The notes beneath the pieces are model-generated. The model did not search any database and was not told the origin of the DNA. It saw nothing but the letters and a program-made list of their open reading frames with translations. This document shows, piece by piece, positions 54,474 through 64,000 of a DNA stretch of 64,000 bases. The number at the start of each line of letters is the position of its first letter. The first letter of the stretch is position 1. The stretch lies in IMG/VR virus record IMGVR_UViG_3300042147_000020, positions 1-64,000 of that record. One strand, written 5' to 3'. Made by a program: the position numbers and the translations under genes.

Positions 54474-56012
54474 CTAGAGGTAAGTTCTTGTAAGGACTTT
54501 GTTGGTGCGTTGGTAGAGAAGGGAAAAAAAAACTCTCGCAACGTCCAGAGGGATGAGGTGAGGGTGTCGTTTCTCTGACTCAGGAGCCTGCGGCCACTGA
54601 CAGGCTGGGCAGTTGTGCTTCGGCAGCGCGATCAGGGAAACAGTCGCGTTGTCGATGAACTTGCCGATTTCTTCGATGAAGCGGTTACGAATCTCTTCGT
54701 CACCGGAGAACAGAGCCGCCAGACTTTCGATGGTGTCTCGATCGTCAGAGATCTCGGTGTCCGGTACCAGCACTTCACCCACCCAGTGGCCATACTGACG
54801 CATGGTGGTCAGACGACCTTGGTTGGTGATGTACTCGTCGCGTTCCTGACCTTTCAACGGAACCTGGAATGCGTTCTCCATCATCTGGACGATCGAGTCG
54901 ATCCAGCTAAAGCCGGAGTTCTCGTAGTCCTGCAACACTGGGGTACGCAGGTTCATCGAAACGGTAGGAGTCAGCTCGACCAGCTTCACGCCACCACGGG
55001 TGTGTTCCTGCTCGTAACGCTTGATGTCTTCCGGCGTCATCCGTTGTTTGCGCTGAGTCATGCGCTTACGTTGCCACTCGGTCAGCGAACGGTTGTCGGT
55101 GAACACCAGCTTACCGAGGTCCAGCAGCTCTTTGATCAGATGCTGGCACGAACCTTCGGTGTTGGCGCAGGCTTGTACGTACGGGTAGCCACCCGGATAG
55201 ATCGCCAAAGCCAGGCCCCACAAGATCGACGGAATGTCCGTAACCTTGATGATCGACTTGAGGTAGTCGACGTTCAGTTCTTGGGCGTTGGTGTCGAACA
55301 CGTACTGGAACGCGAAGTTCAACAGGTAGCTGGTCTGGTAGACCGACGTGTTGGAGAAGATCATGCCGTTGGTCAAACGACCCAGCGTGGTCTTGTCGTT
55401 GGCGATACGACGTTCCAGTTCGAGGATAGCCGACTCAGGTGGAGTTTTAAAGCTCAACCAGATACCGGTGTGCCACAGTGGAACTTGTACCAGAGAACCC
55501 AAGCCAGTAGCCGCAGCCACACGCAGGACAGCACGTTCACCAGTCAGGACAGCACCGCCGTCACCGAACTTAGGACGGGACGCACCGATCTTCTCGCCTT
55601 CGTAGTCCACGAACTGTTGCCAGTCCGAGTCAGCACGTTCCAACGACGCCATCAGCGGGTTACCGCGCAGCAGAGTCGCTTGAGCCAGTTTCAGCTCTTG
55701 GGCCCAGACACGCATCTTGGTATCGCCGGAAGCATTGATGTTCGGGTAAGCGTCGATCAACTCGTTCAAGTCGAAAGCGTCACCACCGAGCAACGACAAG
55801 TGTTCGTTGTCCGCTTCGAAGTCGTACTTGGCAACGTCTTTCTCCGGCACTGGTTTAGAGTGCGGGAACGTTTGCGTGACGTTCGCATTGGTGCGCTTGG
55901 TTTCGAAGCCAGTGGGAGGAGCTGGCTCTTCAGGCTTTTGCGCAGGCTTCGGTTCAGGAACAGGAAAACACTGCTCTGCTGTACCTTCTTTGTTATGGTC
56001 TTCAGTGGACAT
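54474..56012 (-). CDS. Putative tail/baseplate assembly chaperone (Zn-binding)
   Basis: 512 aa; CxxxxxxC and CPAC; slippery GTT TTT TTT TCC 16 codons before the stop. Confidence 0.6.
   Translation of the reverse strand: MSTEDHNKEGTAEQCFPVPEPKPAQKPEEPAPPTGFETKRTNANVTQTFPHSKPVPEKDVAKYDFEADNEHLSLLGGDAFDLNELIDAYPNINASGDTKMRVWAQELKLAQATLLRGNPLMASLERADSDWQQFVDYEGEKIGASRPKFGDGGAVLTGERAVLRVAAATGLGSLVQVPLWHTGIWLSFKTPPESAILELERRIANDKTTLGRLTNGMIFSNTSVYQTSYLLNFAFQYVFDTNAQELNVDYLKSIIKVTDIPSILWGLALAIYPGGYPYVQACANTEGSCQHLIKELLDLGKLVFTDNRSLTEWQRKRMTQRKQRMTPEDIKRYEQEHTRGGVKLVELTPTVSMNLRTPVLQDYENSGFSWIDSIVQMMENAFQVPLKGQERDEYITNQGRLTTMRQYGHWVGEVLVPDTEISDDRDTIESLAALFSGDEEIRNRFIEEIGKFIDNATVSLIALPKHNCPACQWPQAPESEKRHPHLIPLDVARVFFSLLYQRTNKVLTRTYL
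54521..54533 (-). other. Putative -1 programmed ribosomal frameshift site (U UUU UUU)
   Basis: Nine T on the coding strand, correctly phased; the -1 frame reads 25 sense codons into ATG 54450. Confidence 0.6.
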
Positions 56013-56021
56013 CTACAACTC

Positions 56022-56504
56022 CTAGATGCTGGCGGCTGGGGCATCAGGCAGTGGCTGGATCTGACCCAGTGCTGGCTGTGCGACTTGTGAGAAAAACGCG
56101 GTGACTTGGAACGCCGACGGAATCACGACCAATTGATATGACGTGATCCAATTGCTGTACTCTTCACCGATGGCCATCAGATTGGCCAGTACGTCCGGAT
56201 CGAGCGTCGGGTCGCCTTTGCGATCTTTCGCGATCTGTTCGTGCTTGACGTGAATGGCAGCAAGCTTGTCGCTGTACTCTTTGACGTCTTTGGCCAGCAC
56301 GCGTGCGCTGTCGAGCAGACCTTGTTTGTCGACCACTGCACGATCAACCAGTTCTTGGTTCTTGATCAACAGCAGAGCGTGAGACGGGCTGGTGCGCAGT
56401 GCATTGCACTCGAGCAACAGAGTGTCCATACTGTCCCACATCTCCATGGAGCGTTGGGATTGAACCATCTGTGCAACGTTATTGAAGGTGCGACGCTTTG
56501 ACAT
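56022..56504 (-). CDS. Hypothetical protein
   Basis: 160 aa, AAGGA RBS. Confidence 0.75.
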   Translation of the reverse strand: MSKRRTFNNVAQMVQSQRSMEMWDSMDTLLLECNALRTSPSHALLLIKNQELVDRAVVDKQGLLDSARVLAKDVKEYSDKLAAIHVKHEQIAKDRKGDPTLDPDVLANLMAIGEEYSNWITSYQLVVIPSAFQVTAFFSQVAQPALGQIQPLPDAPAASI

Positions 56505-56611
56505 GATTGGATTCCTTAAAGCCGAAATAGGTTGCGTGCCGGGAAATTAGTAATGAAAAGGGCACTTTTCCTATAATGAGAAAGTTGTGTATTTATTAAC
56601 AGGGCGGTACT

Positions 56612-57466
56612 ATGACTATTGATGACCTGGAGAATTACCTCCAACAGCGGGTCTCCCCCGAAGCAACAGAGTTAATGGTTGATACCGCTCGAGTGTTGTG
56701 CGAGTCGGGTTTAACCAGTCACCTCGATGACTTGGAAGACATGGTTGCCTCCGAAGACCAAATCGGTCGGGACATCACCGTCTTGCAGATGCGTCAGTAC
56801 CTCACCTCCACTTTGGAAGCGTGTGTGAATCAGTTCGGCATTGAATTGCTGGAAGATGGTGAGATCAACTTGCGACACCTGACCGGGTTGCAACGTGGCA
56901 TCAACATGATCACCAACTACGAAGACGTAGAAGCCATTGAAGCACTGTGTCTGGCTGAGACTGATCCAGAAGAGCGCCTCATTGATATTCTGGAGATACT
57001 GACCGAATATACATGGGCTGATTACAGTTTGCTGATTGACACCGTGAGTACTTCACTGTTCGATCGTATTCTGGAACAGTTGGTTAAGCCTGACCAGTTG
57101 GAAAAATCCAACAACATCGGTAACGCGGTTCTGATCCGTGTCAAGTCTTTGATCAACCACGTAGAAAGCCCGTGGCTGCTCGATGAGATCCAAGACGGGT
57201 GTGAGTTAGGGTTGCCGGTAGAAGCGATGGTAGAGCGCTTCAAGACCCGTTACGATCGAGTTCTGACGGTCTCCAATGAACTGCACCGCAAGCCTACACT
57301 GTTGGCTGAGCAATTCCTTCTATATATACTCGCTTCGAGTTGCCCTGACGACAAACTGTTGGCTACAGCCCAAGATCAATTGGAAGCTGTGGTGATGCAC
57401 GTTCCTACATTGTCGGCTGCCTCTCGTCACATCCAAGAACTGTTGAGTCAGGTGACGTCCTCATGA
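56612..57466 (+). CDS. Acidic hypothetical protein
   Basis: 284 aa; ATGA overlap with the RNAP subunit gene. Confidence 0.75.
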   Translation: MTIDDLENYLQQRVSPEATELMVDTARVLCESGLTSHLDDLEDMVASEDQIGRDITVLQMRQYLTSTLEACVNQFGIELLEDGEINLRHLTGLQRGINMITNYEDVEAIEALCLAETDPEERLIDILEILTEYTWADYSLLIDTVSTSLFDRILEQLVKPDQLEKSNNIGNAVLIRVKSLINHVESPWLLDEIQDGCELGLPVEAMVERFKTRYDRVLTVSNELHRKPTLLAEQFLLYILASSCPDDKLLATAQDQLEAVVMHVPTLSAASRHIQELLSQVTSS

Positions 57467-58776
57467 AAACTGCTGACTACTACTTGATGGCACTGAACGG
57501 CGGCGCTTATAAAAAGAAGCGTTGGGTTCTGTCCATCTTCAGCGTACTGATCGACTCCAAGCCTCAAGGTTGGCCGTTTGAGATCGTGCGTACGGATAAG
57601 AACGTGTTCTTCCGTGACCCTACGGACTTGAACATCTTGATCTCCCTCGATGACGCTGACGTGAACAAGCCGGTCTTGAGTTTCAAAGACAAGATCGCTG
57701 TGACGCCTGAACAGGTTCTGAACCTCGACAAACCGATCACCACGACCGCAGGCAACCTGCTCTTCAACTACTACGCATTGATCTATGCGTTGGGTAAGAA
57801 GATTCCATACATGGAAGGGCGTATCTCGGCGACTCAAGTAGAGAAGATCATTGAACCCCGGTTGACGTCTAACCCGGTGGAGAATGGGGCGAACTATGAC
57901 CCTAATGATCTGAACCCGATCTACGTGAGTGAGTACAAGAAATTCAACAAGGCTATGTTTGGCCTGATGGGTTTCACTCAGCTCTGTGTGCCGTCCGCTA
58001 CGCCACGTACGATGTCAACCGACCCACGTATCCCAGCGATCCGTGAAAAGCTCTTAGAGAAGTACGCAGGCCGTCTGAATGACCCTGCTATTATCTCCCT
58101 GATCGACCAAGAACTCATTAAGGTTGATAAAGAGTGGATGGCCAACGATCCGGATGGTGGTGCTGGTTTCTATGTGAACGAAACCAAGTCTTACGACGTT
58201 GTGCGTAAGAAAGTGTTCCTGATGCACGGTGCTGAATCGGGCTTCATGGAAGGCACTGAGGTCGACTTCATCAAGAACTCCTTGAACGAAGGTTGGGACA
58301 TCGAGAAACTCCCTAGCATGGTTAACTCCTTGCGGGAAGGTTCGTACAACCGTGGTCGAGACACTGCACTCGGTGGTGAAGCTGTGAAGTTCTTGGGTCG
58401 AGTGTTCCAGAACACTGTGATCGCTGAGAAGGACTGTGGGTCTACTCTCGGGTGGATGAAGGACTTTACTGAGGCCAACTATCAGAAGTTCGTTGGTTTC
58501 TACCGCATCACCCCTCAGGGCCCTGTAGTGATGGATGAGGCTTACACCAAGTCTCAGATCGGTAAACAAGTTCACGTTCGTTCACCAATGTTGTGTAGGA
58601 CTCCGAAAACGGCATTCTGTGAATGCTGTATGGGTGCCAAGAACGCATTGAATCCAACCTCGTTGGGTCTGATGGCGGCTGACGTAGGATCGCAGATCAT
58701 GGGCATTTTCATGGGTGCGATGCACGGTAAGTCTCTGAAGACTGAACGGTACGATTTCAAGAAGTCTATCTTCTAA
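57463..58776 (+). CDS. Virion RNA polymerase beta-prime subunit fragment (phiKZ gp80-like)
   Basis: Bridge-helix-like SLREGSYNRGRDTALGG; DCGS; RSPMLC...FCECCMG Zn site; trigger-loop-like MGAMHG. Confidence 0.85.
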   Translation: MKTADYYLMALNGGAYKKKRWVLSIFSVLIDSKPQGWPFEIVRTDKNVFFRDPTDLNILISLDDADVNKPVLSFKDKIAVTPEQVLNLDKPITTTAGNLLFNYYALIYALGKKIPYMEGRISATQVEKIIEPRLTSNPVENGANYDPNDLNPIYVSEYKKFNKAMFGLMGFTQLCVPSATPRTMSTDPRIPAIREKLLEKYAGRLNDPAIISLIDQELIKVDKEWMANDPDGGAGFYVNETKSYDVVRKKVFLMHGAESGFMEGTEVDFIKNSLNEGWDIEKLPSMVNSLREGSYNRGRDTALGGEAVKFLGRVFQNTVIAEKDCGSTLGWMKDFTEANYQKFVGFYRITPQGPVVMDEAYTKSQIGKQVHVRSPMLCRTPKTAFCECCMGAKNALNPTSLGLMAADVGSQIMGIFMGAMHGKSLKTERYDFKKSIF

Positions 58777-58797
58777 CCATTGTAAGGAACGCTCCAC

Positions 58798-59721
58798 ATG
58801 GCTAAGCAACAACGTACTCAAGCTGCACCAGCCGCAGCTCCAGCTCCAGTGCAAGAGCAGCCGAAAGAAGAACTGGCTCTTGACCAAGCCAACCTTGAAG
58901 AAGGCAAAACCGATGAGAATGAGTCGGGGAATGAATCTGCTGGCGCTGATGCTCCAGCACGCGACGGCGCAGGGGACGAAGCCTCGGAAACGGGCGAAGC
59001 GGACACTGGAACTGGATCGGACTCCGAGTCATCCAACGAAGACCTGGGGGAAGGCGAGGGCCAAGATCCCGATGGTACCGATGCCGATGCAAAACAACTG
59101 GCAGCAGCACTGGCGGCGGCAGTTGCCGCGCCACAACCGACGCTACAGGTAAACGATGCTCCTGAAGTCGTTGAACCGGTTGCTCCAGAAGGCTCCGACA
59201 TTCCGGACACCGCCCCTGTAGCCGCTCCTACCGAACGTGCTCCTTCGGTGTCCGTTCTCAAACCAGTTCCAGTACGGGTGGATGTGAAATTGCAACAAGC
59301 TGAAATCAAGTTCCAACTGATCGTTGACCGCCTGACCGCGTTCTCCACCGCCATGGCGCCTAACGCTGCCATCAACGAAACCGACGGCAAGGCCCAGCAA
59401 CTGGCCCTGTGGAAAGTGATCGAGCAAGTACTGAAGCTGGAAGGTCCAGAGTTCATCAAGGGCTTTGCAATGCTCTTGGACTTCATTGCTGAGCACCGCA
59501 CTACCCACTTCAGCGAGAAGTACGCCTACCGCTTCTTCGGCCCTCTGGCTCTGAGTGCCGGTGACAAGCGTAACTTCAACCGCCTGCTCAACCTGTTCAT
59601 CGCCACTGCTGACCGTGCTACTCGTCGCATGGGCCTGGAACAAGTTGGTCTGCAAGCTAGCCTGGCCGGTATTCGTGACAGCGGCATTCAGCAGCGTGTT
59701 ACCGAGTTCTACCAGATCTAA
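58798..59721 (+). CDS. Protein with long acidic, Ala/Pro-rich disordered N-terminus (probably virion)
   Basis: 307 aa; low-complexity first half, helical C-domain; strong codon bias. Confidence 0.7.
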   Translation: MAKQQRTQAAPAAAPAPVQEQPKEELALDQANLEEGKTDENESGNESAGADAPARDGAGDEASETGEADTGTGSDSESSNEDLGEGEGQDPDGTDADAKQLAAALAAAVAAPQPTLQVNDAPEVVEPVAPEGSDIPDTAPVAAPTERAPSVSVLKPVPVRVDVKLQQAEIKFQLIVDRLTAFSTAMAPNAAINETDGKAQQLALWKVIEQVLKLEGPEFIKGFAMLLDFIAEHRTTHFSEKYAYRFFGPLALSAGDKRNFNRLLNLFIATADRATRRMGLEQVGLQASLAGIRDSGIQQRVTEFYQI

Positions 59722-59723
59722 AC

Positions 59724-59773
59724 GGCATAACAGCAAAAAAAAAAGCAGGGGTGTGAGCCCCTGCTTTTATGCC
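59724..59773. terminator. Bidirectional terminator
   Basis: AAAAGCAGGGG-TGTGAG-CCCCTGCTTTT flanked by GGCATAA and TTATGCC. Confidence 0.8.
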
Positions 59774-59778
59774 GTGTA

Positions 59779-60393
59779 TCAATGGAAGGTAAAATCCATG
59801 GCAGGTCGACCAGTGACTTTACCCACCCGATTGGACAGAGCGGTTACTTCCTCCATGTCTAGCTTCAACCGTCGGCACAGCTCAGGAGCCATGACTTTGG
59901 AGAAGCTAGGTGGATAGTGGAGTTCTAACTGACCGATGAACACAGCCAAGTAGAAAGGCTTGAAGTCATACGGACGAGTAGGCTCAGCATCACGGTCGAC
60001 GAGGAACATCTTGCGATAGAACCCTACGTCGATCTGGTAGAACGTCTCAGCCATCAAGAACGTTCCAATCAACGAACCGAACAGATGGAAAACTTGGTAA
60101 ACGAACTCGTCACCATACGTGTGGTAGGCGAGGCTAACCCCTCTCAGGATTTGTTCACGCACCGCTTGGTCAGAGATCTGATCCACTGTGGTACTGTAAA
60201 CGTTGTGCTTGCCATCGGTGAGTACCCAACGTGGGGACAACATGGCTTTGGTGTAGCGACTAGCACAGGTTAACGTCAGGACTTCACGGTAATCAATAAG
60301 AGCACTCTTACGATTAGCGATGACGTCCAGAGGAGCATTGAAGATCTGTTGTATAGCACGGCGTGGGAGACTTTCGAAGTATTGCGTTGGCAT
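59779..60393 (-). CDS. Hypothetical protein
   Basis: 204 aa, AAGG RBS. Confidence 0.7.
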   Translation of the reverse strand: MPTQYFESLPRRAIQQIFNAPLDVIANRKSALIDYREVLTLTCASRYTKAMLSPRWVLTDGKHNVYSTTVDQISDQAVREQILRGVSLAYHTYGDEFVYQVFHLFGSLIGTFLMAETFYQIDVGFYRKMFLVDRDAEPTRPYDFKPFYLAVFIGQLELHYPPSFSKVMAPELCRRLKLDMEEVTALSNRVGKVTGRPAMDFTFH

Positions 60394-60447
60394 ACTGGAC
60401 CTTACTGAAGGCTGGCATAAAAAGTGGGGCCTTTCGACCCCACGAGA

Positions 60448-62019
60448 TTAGATTACATAATCAGTTGTCAGGTACTTGTGACCTACGACCCTACCTGCAA
60501 AGTTCTCGACCTTGCGTTCGTGATACTCGATATGCTTGTCGATGTCGATACACACGAAGTAGTAGAAGGTTGGCTTAGCATCAGGCCAAATCTTAATGAT
60601 CGTATCACGTAGACGACCCATCGCTTGCAAGTTACCTTGTTTGGAACCCAAGGCATCTGTCATCAACACGTGGAGCAACTTAGGAATGTCCTGAGCTGTC
60701 CCGAGGGATTTCAGTGTTGACACGATGAGATCAGCTTCGAGCATTTCGTCGAAGTCGTCTTCTGCCGTATACCGCATCACAGTGATGTCACTGTTCCGTG
60801 GTTTCAGGTAGTTCGTGACAATGGTACACATCTCAACCGTAGCACAATAGATCAACAGCTTCTGGTCATCCACGCGTATCTTGCGAAAGTTGTGGGTTAC
60901 AAAATCGGAGATCATCTCAAGGTAAGCCTTGAGGCACTGCTTGTTCTTCATCAACGATTGCTCGAAGATGACATGACTATACGACTTACGCGCCTTGTTC
61001 ATCCACTTAAGGACGTTCTGGTGACGCAAGCGGTACTGCAACGCTTCTACTGCGGTAAAGATCACACGCTCGCCGTTGTCAATCCGTTCGTCTCTCGGGA
61101 ACATGATTGCTGTACGGTTAATCAAGAACTCGTCATCGCCTTCCAATGTACCGGAGAGTGAGATGGTCTTGTGTACGTGTGAGTACAAGTCTTGTCGATA
61201 GTTGAGATGGATGTCTTGGTGGACTTCGTCAATCAACCGAATCCCAATTCCACACGTTTGGTAGAAGTTGGGAGGAGTGCAACCGTACCCGAGTTCCAAC
61301 AAGCCGTCTTTAAACTTCTCGTAGTCTTTCAGGTAGTTGAAGTACGTCATGTTCGAACAGATGATGATCTTGGCAGTCAGTTCACCCGCAAGGGCTAGCT
61401 GTGTCACGAGGGCCAGTTGTGCTGACCCCCGAACAACCATGATGTCACCCTTCTTGCACTTGAACGCTGCCTCAATGTCGCCAATCCATTTTTCAATGTA
61501 CATGGCCTTGATGCAGATGAAGACCCGACGCTTAAGCGCTGCTATACCACTCAGTGCCATGAACGTCTTACCGCGACCGGGGTCAACGGTGAGGATCTTC
61601 GTCTTACCCGGAGCAATCAGGTAAGCGATCTTTTCAACTTGGTCATCTCGCGGTGTTCGCTTGTCGATTACCTCGAACTCAACTTCAACTCCGAGGTTGT
61701 CAGGCAAGTACTCGAACACGATGGCGCTCTCATGAACGCCCCACATCTTTAAACACCGAAGCAACGCGTCCATTTCATTCCGATGGAAGTGAAAGTCTGA
61801 ACGGTCATTCGTAACGCCCACAAAGACCCGCAGCATGGCTTTTCTGAAACGACCATCAGGTCCCTTCTCGAACCCGTACTGAGCCAGTGACTTACAGAAG
61901 TCAAGCAACGCAGCTTTAACCCGAGGGGTGAACTGCGTTGCCCTTACGTGGTGACTGGCTACTCTAAGAGTCAGCTCTGGTGCTCTAGCGGTAGGTGACG
62001 GCTGGACTACACTAGACAC
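60448..62019 (-). CDS. SF2 DExH helicase (UvsW-like; phiKZ gp75-like)
   Basis: PGRGKT, IDEVH, SLSGT, QAMGRLR; GTG start with AGGAGG RBS. Confidence 0.9.
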   Translation of the reverse strand: MSSVVQPSPTARAPELTLRVASHHVRATQFTPRVKAALLDFCKSLAQYGFEKGPDGRFRKAMLRVFVGVTNDRSDFHFHRNEMDALLRCLKMWGVHESAIVFEYLPDNLGVEVEFEVIDKRTPRDDQVEKIAYLIAPGKTKILTVDPGRGKTFMALSGIAALKRRVFICIKAMYIEKWIGDIEAAFKCKKGDIMVVRGSAQLALVTQLALAGELTAKIIICSNMTYFNYLKDYEKFKDGLLELGYGCTPPNFYQTCGIGIRLIDEVHQDIHLNYRQDLYSHVHKTISLSGTLEGDDEFLINRTAIMFPRDERIDNGERVIFTAVEALQYRLRHQNVLKWMNKARKSYSHVIFEQSLMKNKQCLKAYLEMISDFVTHNFRKIRVDDQKLLIYCATVEMCTIVTNYLKPRNSDITVMRYTAEDDFDEMLEADLIVSTLKSLGTAQDIPKLLHVLMTDALGSKQGNLQAMGRLRDTIIKIWPDAKPTFYYFVCIDIDKHIEYHERKVENFAGRVVGHKYLTTDYVI

Positions 62020-62040
62020 AGACCTACCTCCTTGTTCCCC

Positions 62041-64000
62041 TTACTGTTTGGTAAGATCCCCCATCATCAGGGCATCTAGCGGATGGTCAGGACGCTTCTT
62101 CAAGATGAAGGTCTTAATGTCCTGCAACGTGGCTCCTTGACGCTCGTACGCCATACTGGCCGACAAGCTACGGAAGTCCATGTTGTCCTCGTAGTAACCC
62201 ACTTCCCCGTTCACTCGATCCAGCGGCAGCCGGTGATCGCGACCTTCCACACTCTCAACCATGGTCGAAAGGATGATGCCTTCCAAGTGAGCAATGTTCA
62301 CGCTCAGCTTAGAGCTGATCAGATCGTAGAAAGCAAACAACGCTTCCTCAGTGTTCGAGTAGGTGTTCGACGATTTAACCTTCGAACGTTTGCCACGTAC
62401 TTTCCCAGACTTTGTAGGGGCCGCTTTGATGAAACGCTCAATGTCACCCATGTACTCCACCATGTTGGTGTGCTTCATTGGCAACTTGAACATCGTATCA
62501 GAGTAATCCCACTGCGACAGATCAATGATGTAGTCGCCGCGAGAGTTGAGTTCCCAACCTACACGTTTAATGTAGATCAGGGCATCTTCGGTCAAGAAGC
62601 TCAACCGGCTACCCATGGACACCGACAGGTTGACTTTATCCAAGTTCCCGTCATCAGCGACAATCTCCAGCGTGATGTCAATGATCTCGGAGAGTTTCTC
62701 CAGAGGCAGGTTACGAATCGTGCGAACCCGATTGATGTCAGGCAAGCGCGGTGCGTATTCTGCTGAGATCACCATCTTCACGGAGGAACGCTCAGCCAAG
62801 TCAGCGCTGAGTTTGATTTCTGCCCCAGTATTCCCCTGTCTGAGATACACAGCATCGTGCTCACAGATATAGAAGTCATCTACTACCGAACTACCGTCCA
62901 AGTGTTTGGTCGACAGAACGTTCTGGGATACCAGCTCACATAGAGTGGTGGCACATACGTGACCCAATACAGTGTGTGGCGGAATCGAGAAGGAGATCTC
63001 ACCCAAGCAAACCGAGCAGACGCCGTAGCGATCTGGGTGACGACACTTCAGTACGGAACGCACTTCAATCTCTTCGCCAATCAGTTCACGTGACGACTTC
63101 AGGATTGGCTTCAAGCCTTCTGCCGTCTTGTAGTACTTACCTTCCAACGCTTGGAAGTTACCAGCCGTGACTTTCCACAGGATGGTGTCTTGAGTACCAC
63201 AGTCTTCGTAGTGCACATGCTGCAACGTCGCACAACCCAACTGCATCTTCCGGTTGAAGTACTCGGAGTCAGCCACTGGATCTTTAGCAGCCCAGAGAGC
63301 CTTGGAGGCCGAACGGGATTCTACCAGTGCGTCGTACAGGCTCACCAAGCCCTGGGTGTAGTTACGCATGACCGGATCGTGGAAGATCCGTGAGTCAATG
63401 TCAGTCAGGAAGCCCCGCAAGGAAACTACCTGCAACACCTGACCCAAGCTAACCAGTTTGGACTTTACCGCCTTACCGATAGGATTCCCTTGGAGTTCAT
63501 TGGGATCTTTCAGCACAGCAGACACACCACGATAGGTATCGTCGATGGAGTTCTGCGTAGGCTTAGCCGCAGCGTTCAACGCAGCGATCTTCGGGTGGCG
63601 GATTACGTCAACGAAGTCCGTGATGCAGATACTGGCCACTTCCTCTTCCAGTCCAGTCACGGTGTCGTTGTAGATGTCTTGCTCCACGTCGTAGATCCAA
63701 CCGGACCACTCAGTGTTGTCAAACGCCGTACGCGTGGTGTTGCAATAATCCATCGCTAGGCTACGACCAAACGCCAGCAGGTTGTTGAAGGTATCCTTCG
63801 TCAGGCGCTCATCACCCATGTGCGATTTCTTCAGACACGGAATCTGAGGATACGCACGGTTGAAGATGGCGCAGTACCAAGTAAAGATAGTGGCTTCACG
63901 CTCCACCACCATTTCACCATCGTCGAACACCATGATGAACTTCGCCTCTGGGGATTCCAAGTCCCAGATTTGTTTCTTCGTCAACTGGTAAATGTCACGG
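62041..64000 (-). CDS. Non-virion RNA polymerase beta-prime C-terminal subunit (phiKZ gp74-like); start lies beyond the window edge
   Basis: ESRSASKAL...SEYFNRKMQL, DCGT, RSVLKC...CSVCLG, VLSTKH; the frame stays open to base 64000 (...RDIYQLTKKQIW). Confidence 0.88.
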   Translation of the reverse strand, partial: RDIYQLTKKQIWDLESPEAKFIMVFDDGEMVVEREATIFTWYCAIFNRAYPQIPCLKKSHMGDERLTKDTFNNLLAFGRSLAMDYCNTTRTAFDNTEWSGWIYDVEQDIYNDTVTGLEEEVASICITDFVDVIRHPKIAALNAAAKPTQNSIDDTYRGVSAVLKDPNELQGNPIGKAVKSKLVSLGQVLQVVSLRGFLTDIDSRIFHDPVMRNYTQGLVSLYDALVESRSASKALWAAKDPVADSEYFNRKMQLGCATLQHVHYEDCGTQDTILWKVTAGNFQALEGKYYKTAEGLKPILKSSRELIGEEIEVRSVLKCRHPDRYGVCSVCLGEISFSIPPHTVLGHVCATTLCELVSQNVLSTKHLDGSSVVDDFYICEHDAVYLRQGNTGAEIKLSADLAERSSVKMVISAEYAPRLPDINRVRTIRNLPLEKLSEIIDITLEIVADDGNLDKVNLSVSMGSRLSFLTEDALIYIKRVGWELNSRGDYIIDLSQWDYSDTMFKLPMKHTNMVEYMGDIERFIKAAPTKSGKVRGKRSKVKSSNTYSNTEEALFAFYDLISSKLSVNIAHLEGIILSTMVESVEGRDHRLPLDRVNGEVGYYEDNMDFRSLSASMAYERQGATLQDIKTFILKKRPDHPLDALMMGDLTKQ

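Noticed and set aside
54615-56090. 491-aa + strand ORF
   Set aside because: Antisense shadow of the codon-biased 512-aa gene; no RBS or motifs.

Overview
This 64 kb window is from a phiKZ-like (nucleus-forming, Chimalliviridae-type) jumbo phage. The host is probably Pseudomonas or a related gammaproteobacterium, inferred from gene content and a Pseudomonas-like dcd. No tRNA, rRNA, CRISPR array or integrase was seen. Left to right: (1) 1-11.7 kb is an accessory region with an NAD+-reconstitution pair (Prs-like Adps plus Nampt-like Namat, NARP1 type), a SLOG/DprA-like gene, dCTP deaminase, a TAXI solute-binding protein, an Rmf-like small ORF and an apparently catalytically dead prohead-protease paralog. 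(2) 11.7-24.8 kb is a fibre/receptor-binding module: six copies of a W(R/W/Y)PVL-ending domain in five genes (one fused to Kelch repeats), a 1087-aa collagen fibre with ten tandem T4-foldon-like repeats, and five small paralogous virion proteins. (3) 24.9-45.4 kb has tmk, tail/neck/baseplate and internal-head genes, a Tad1-like sponge and one subunit of the split family-B DNA polymerase. (4) 45.5-54 kb is an early-promoter-driven small-ORF cluster with two candidate structured ncRNAs and a DarG-like macrodomain. (5) 54-64 kb has a putative tail-assembly-chaperone pair joined by a -1 slippery site, virion and non-virion RNA polymerase beta-prime subunits and an SF2 helicase. The most notable unexplained signals are the T9 -1 frameshift at 54524-54532, the structured RNA at 51162-51308, the poly-foldon fibre and the pseudo-protease. 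All family calls come from motifs recognised by eye, not from database searches.
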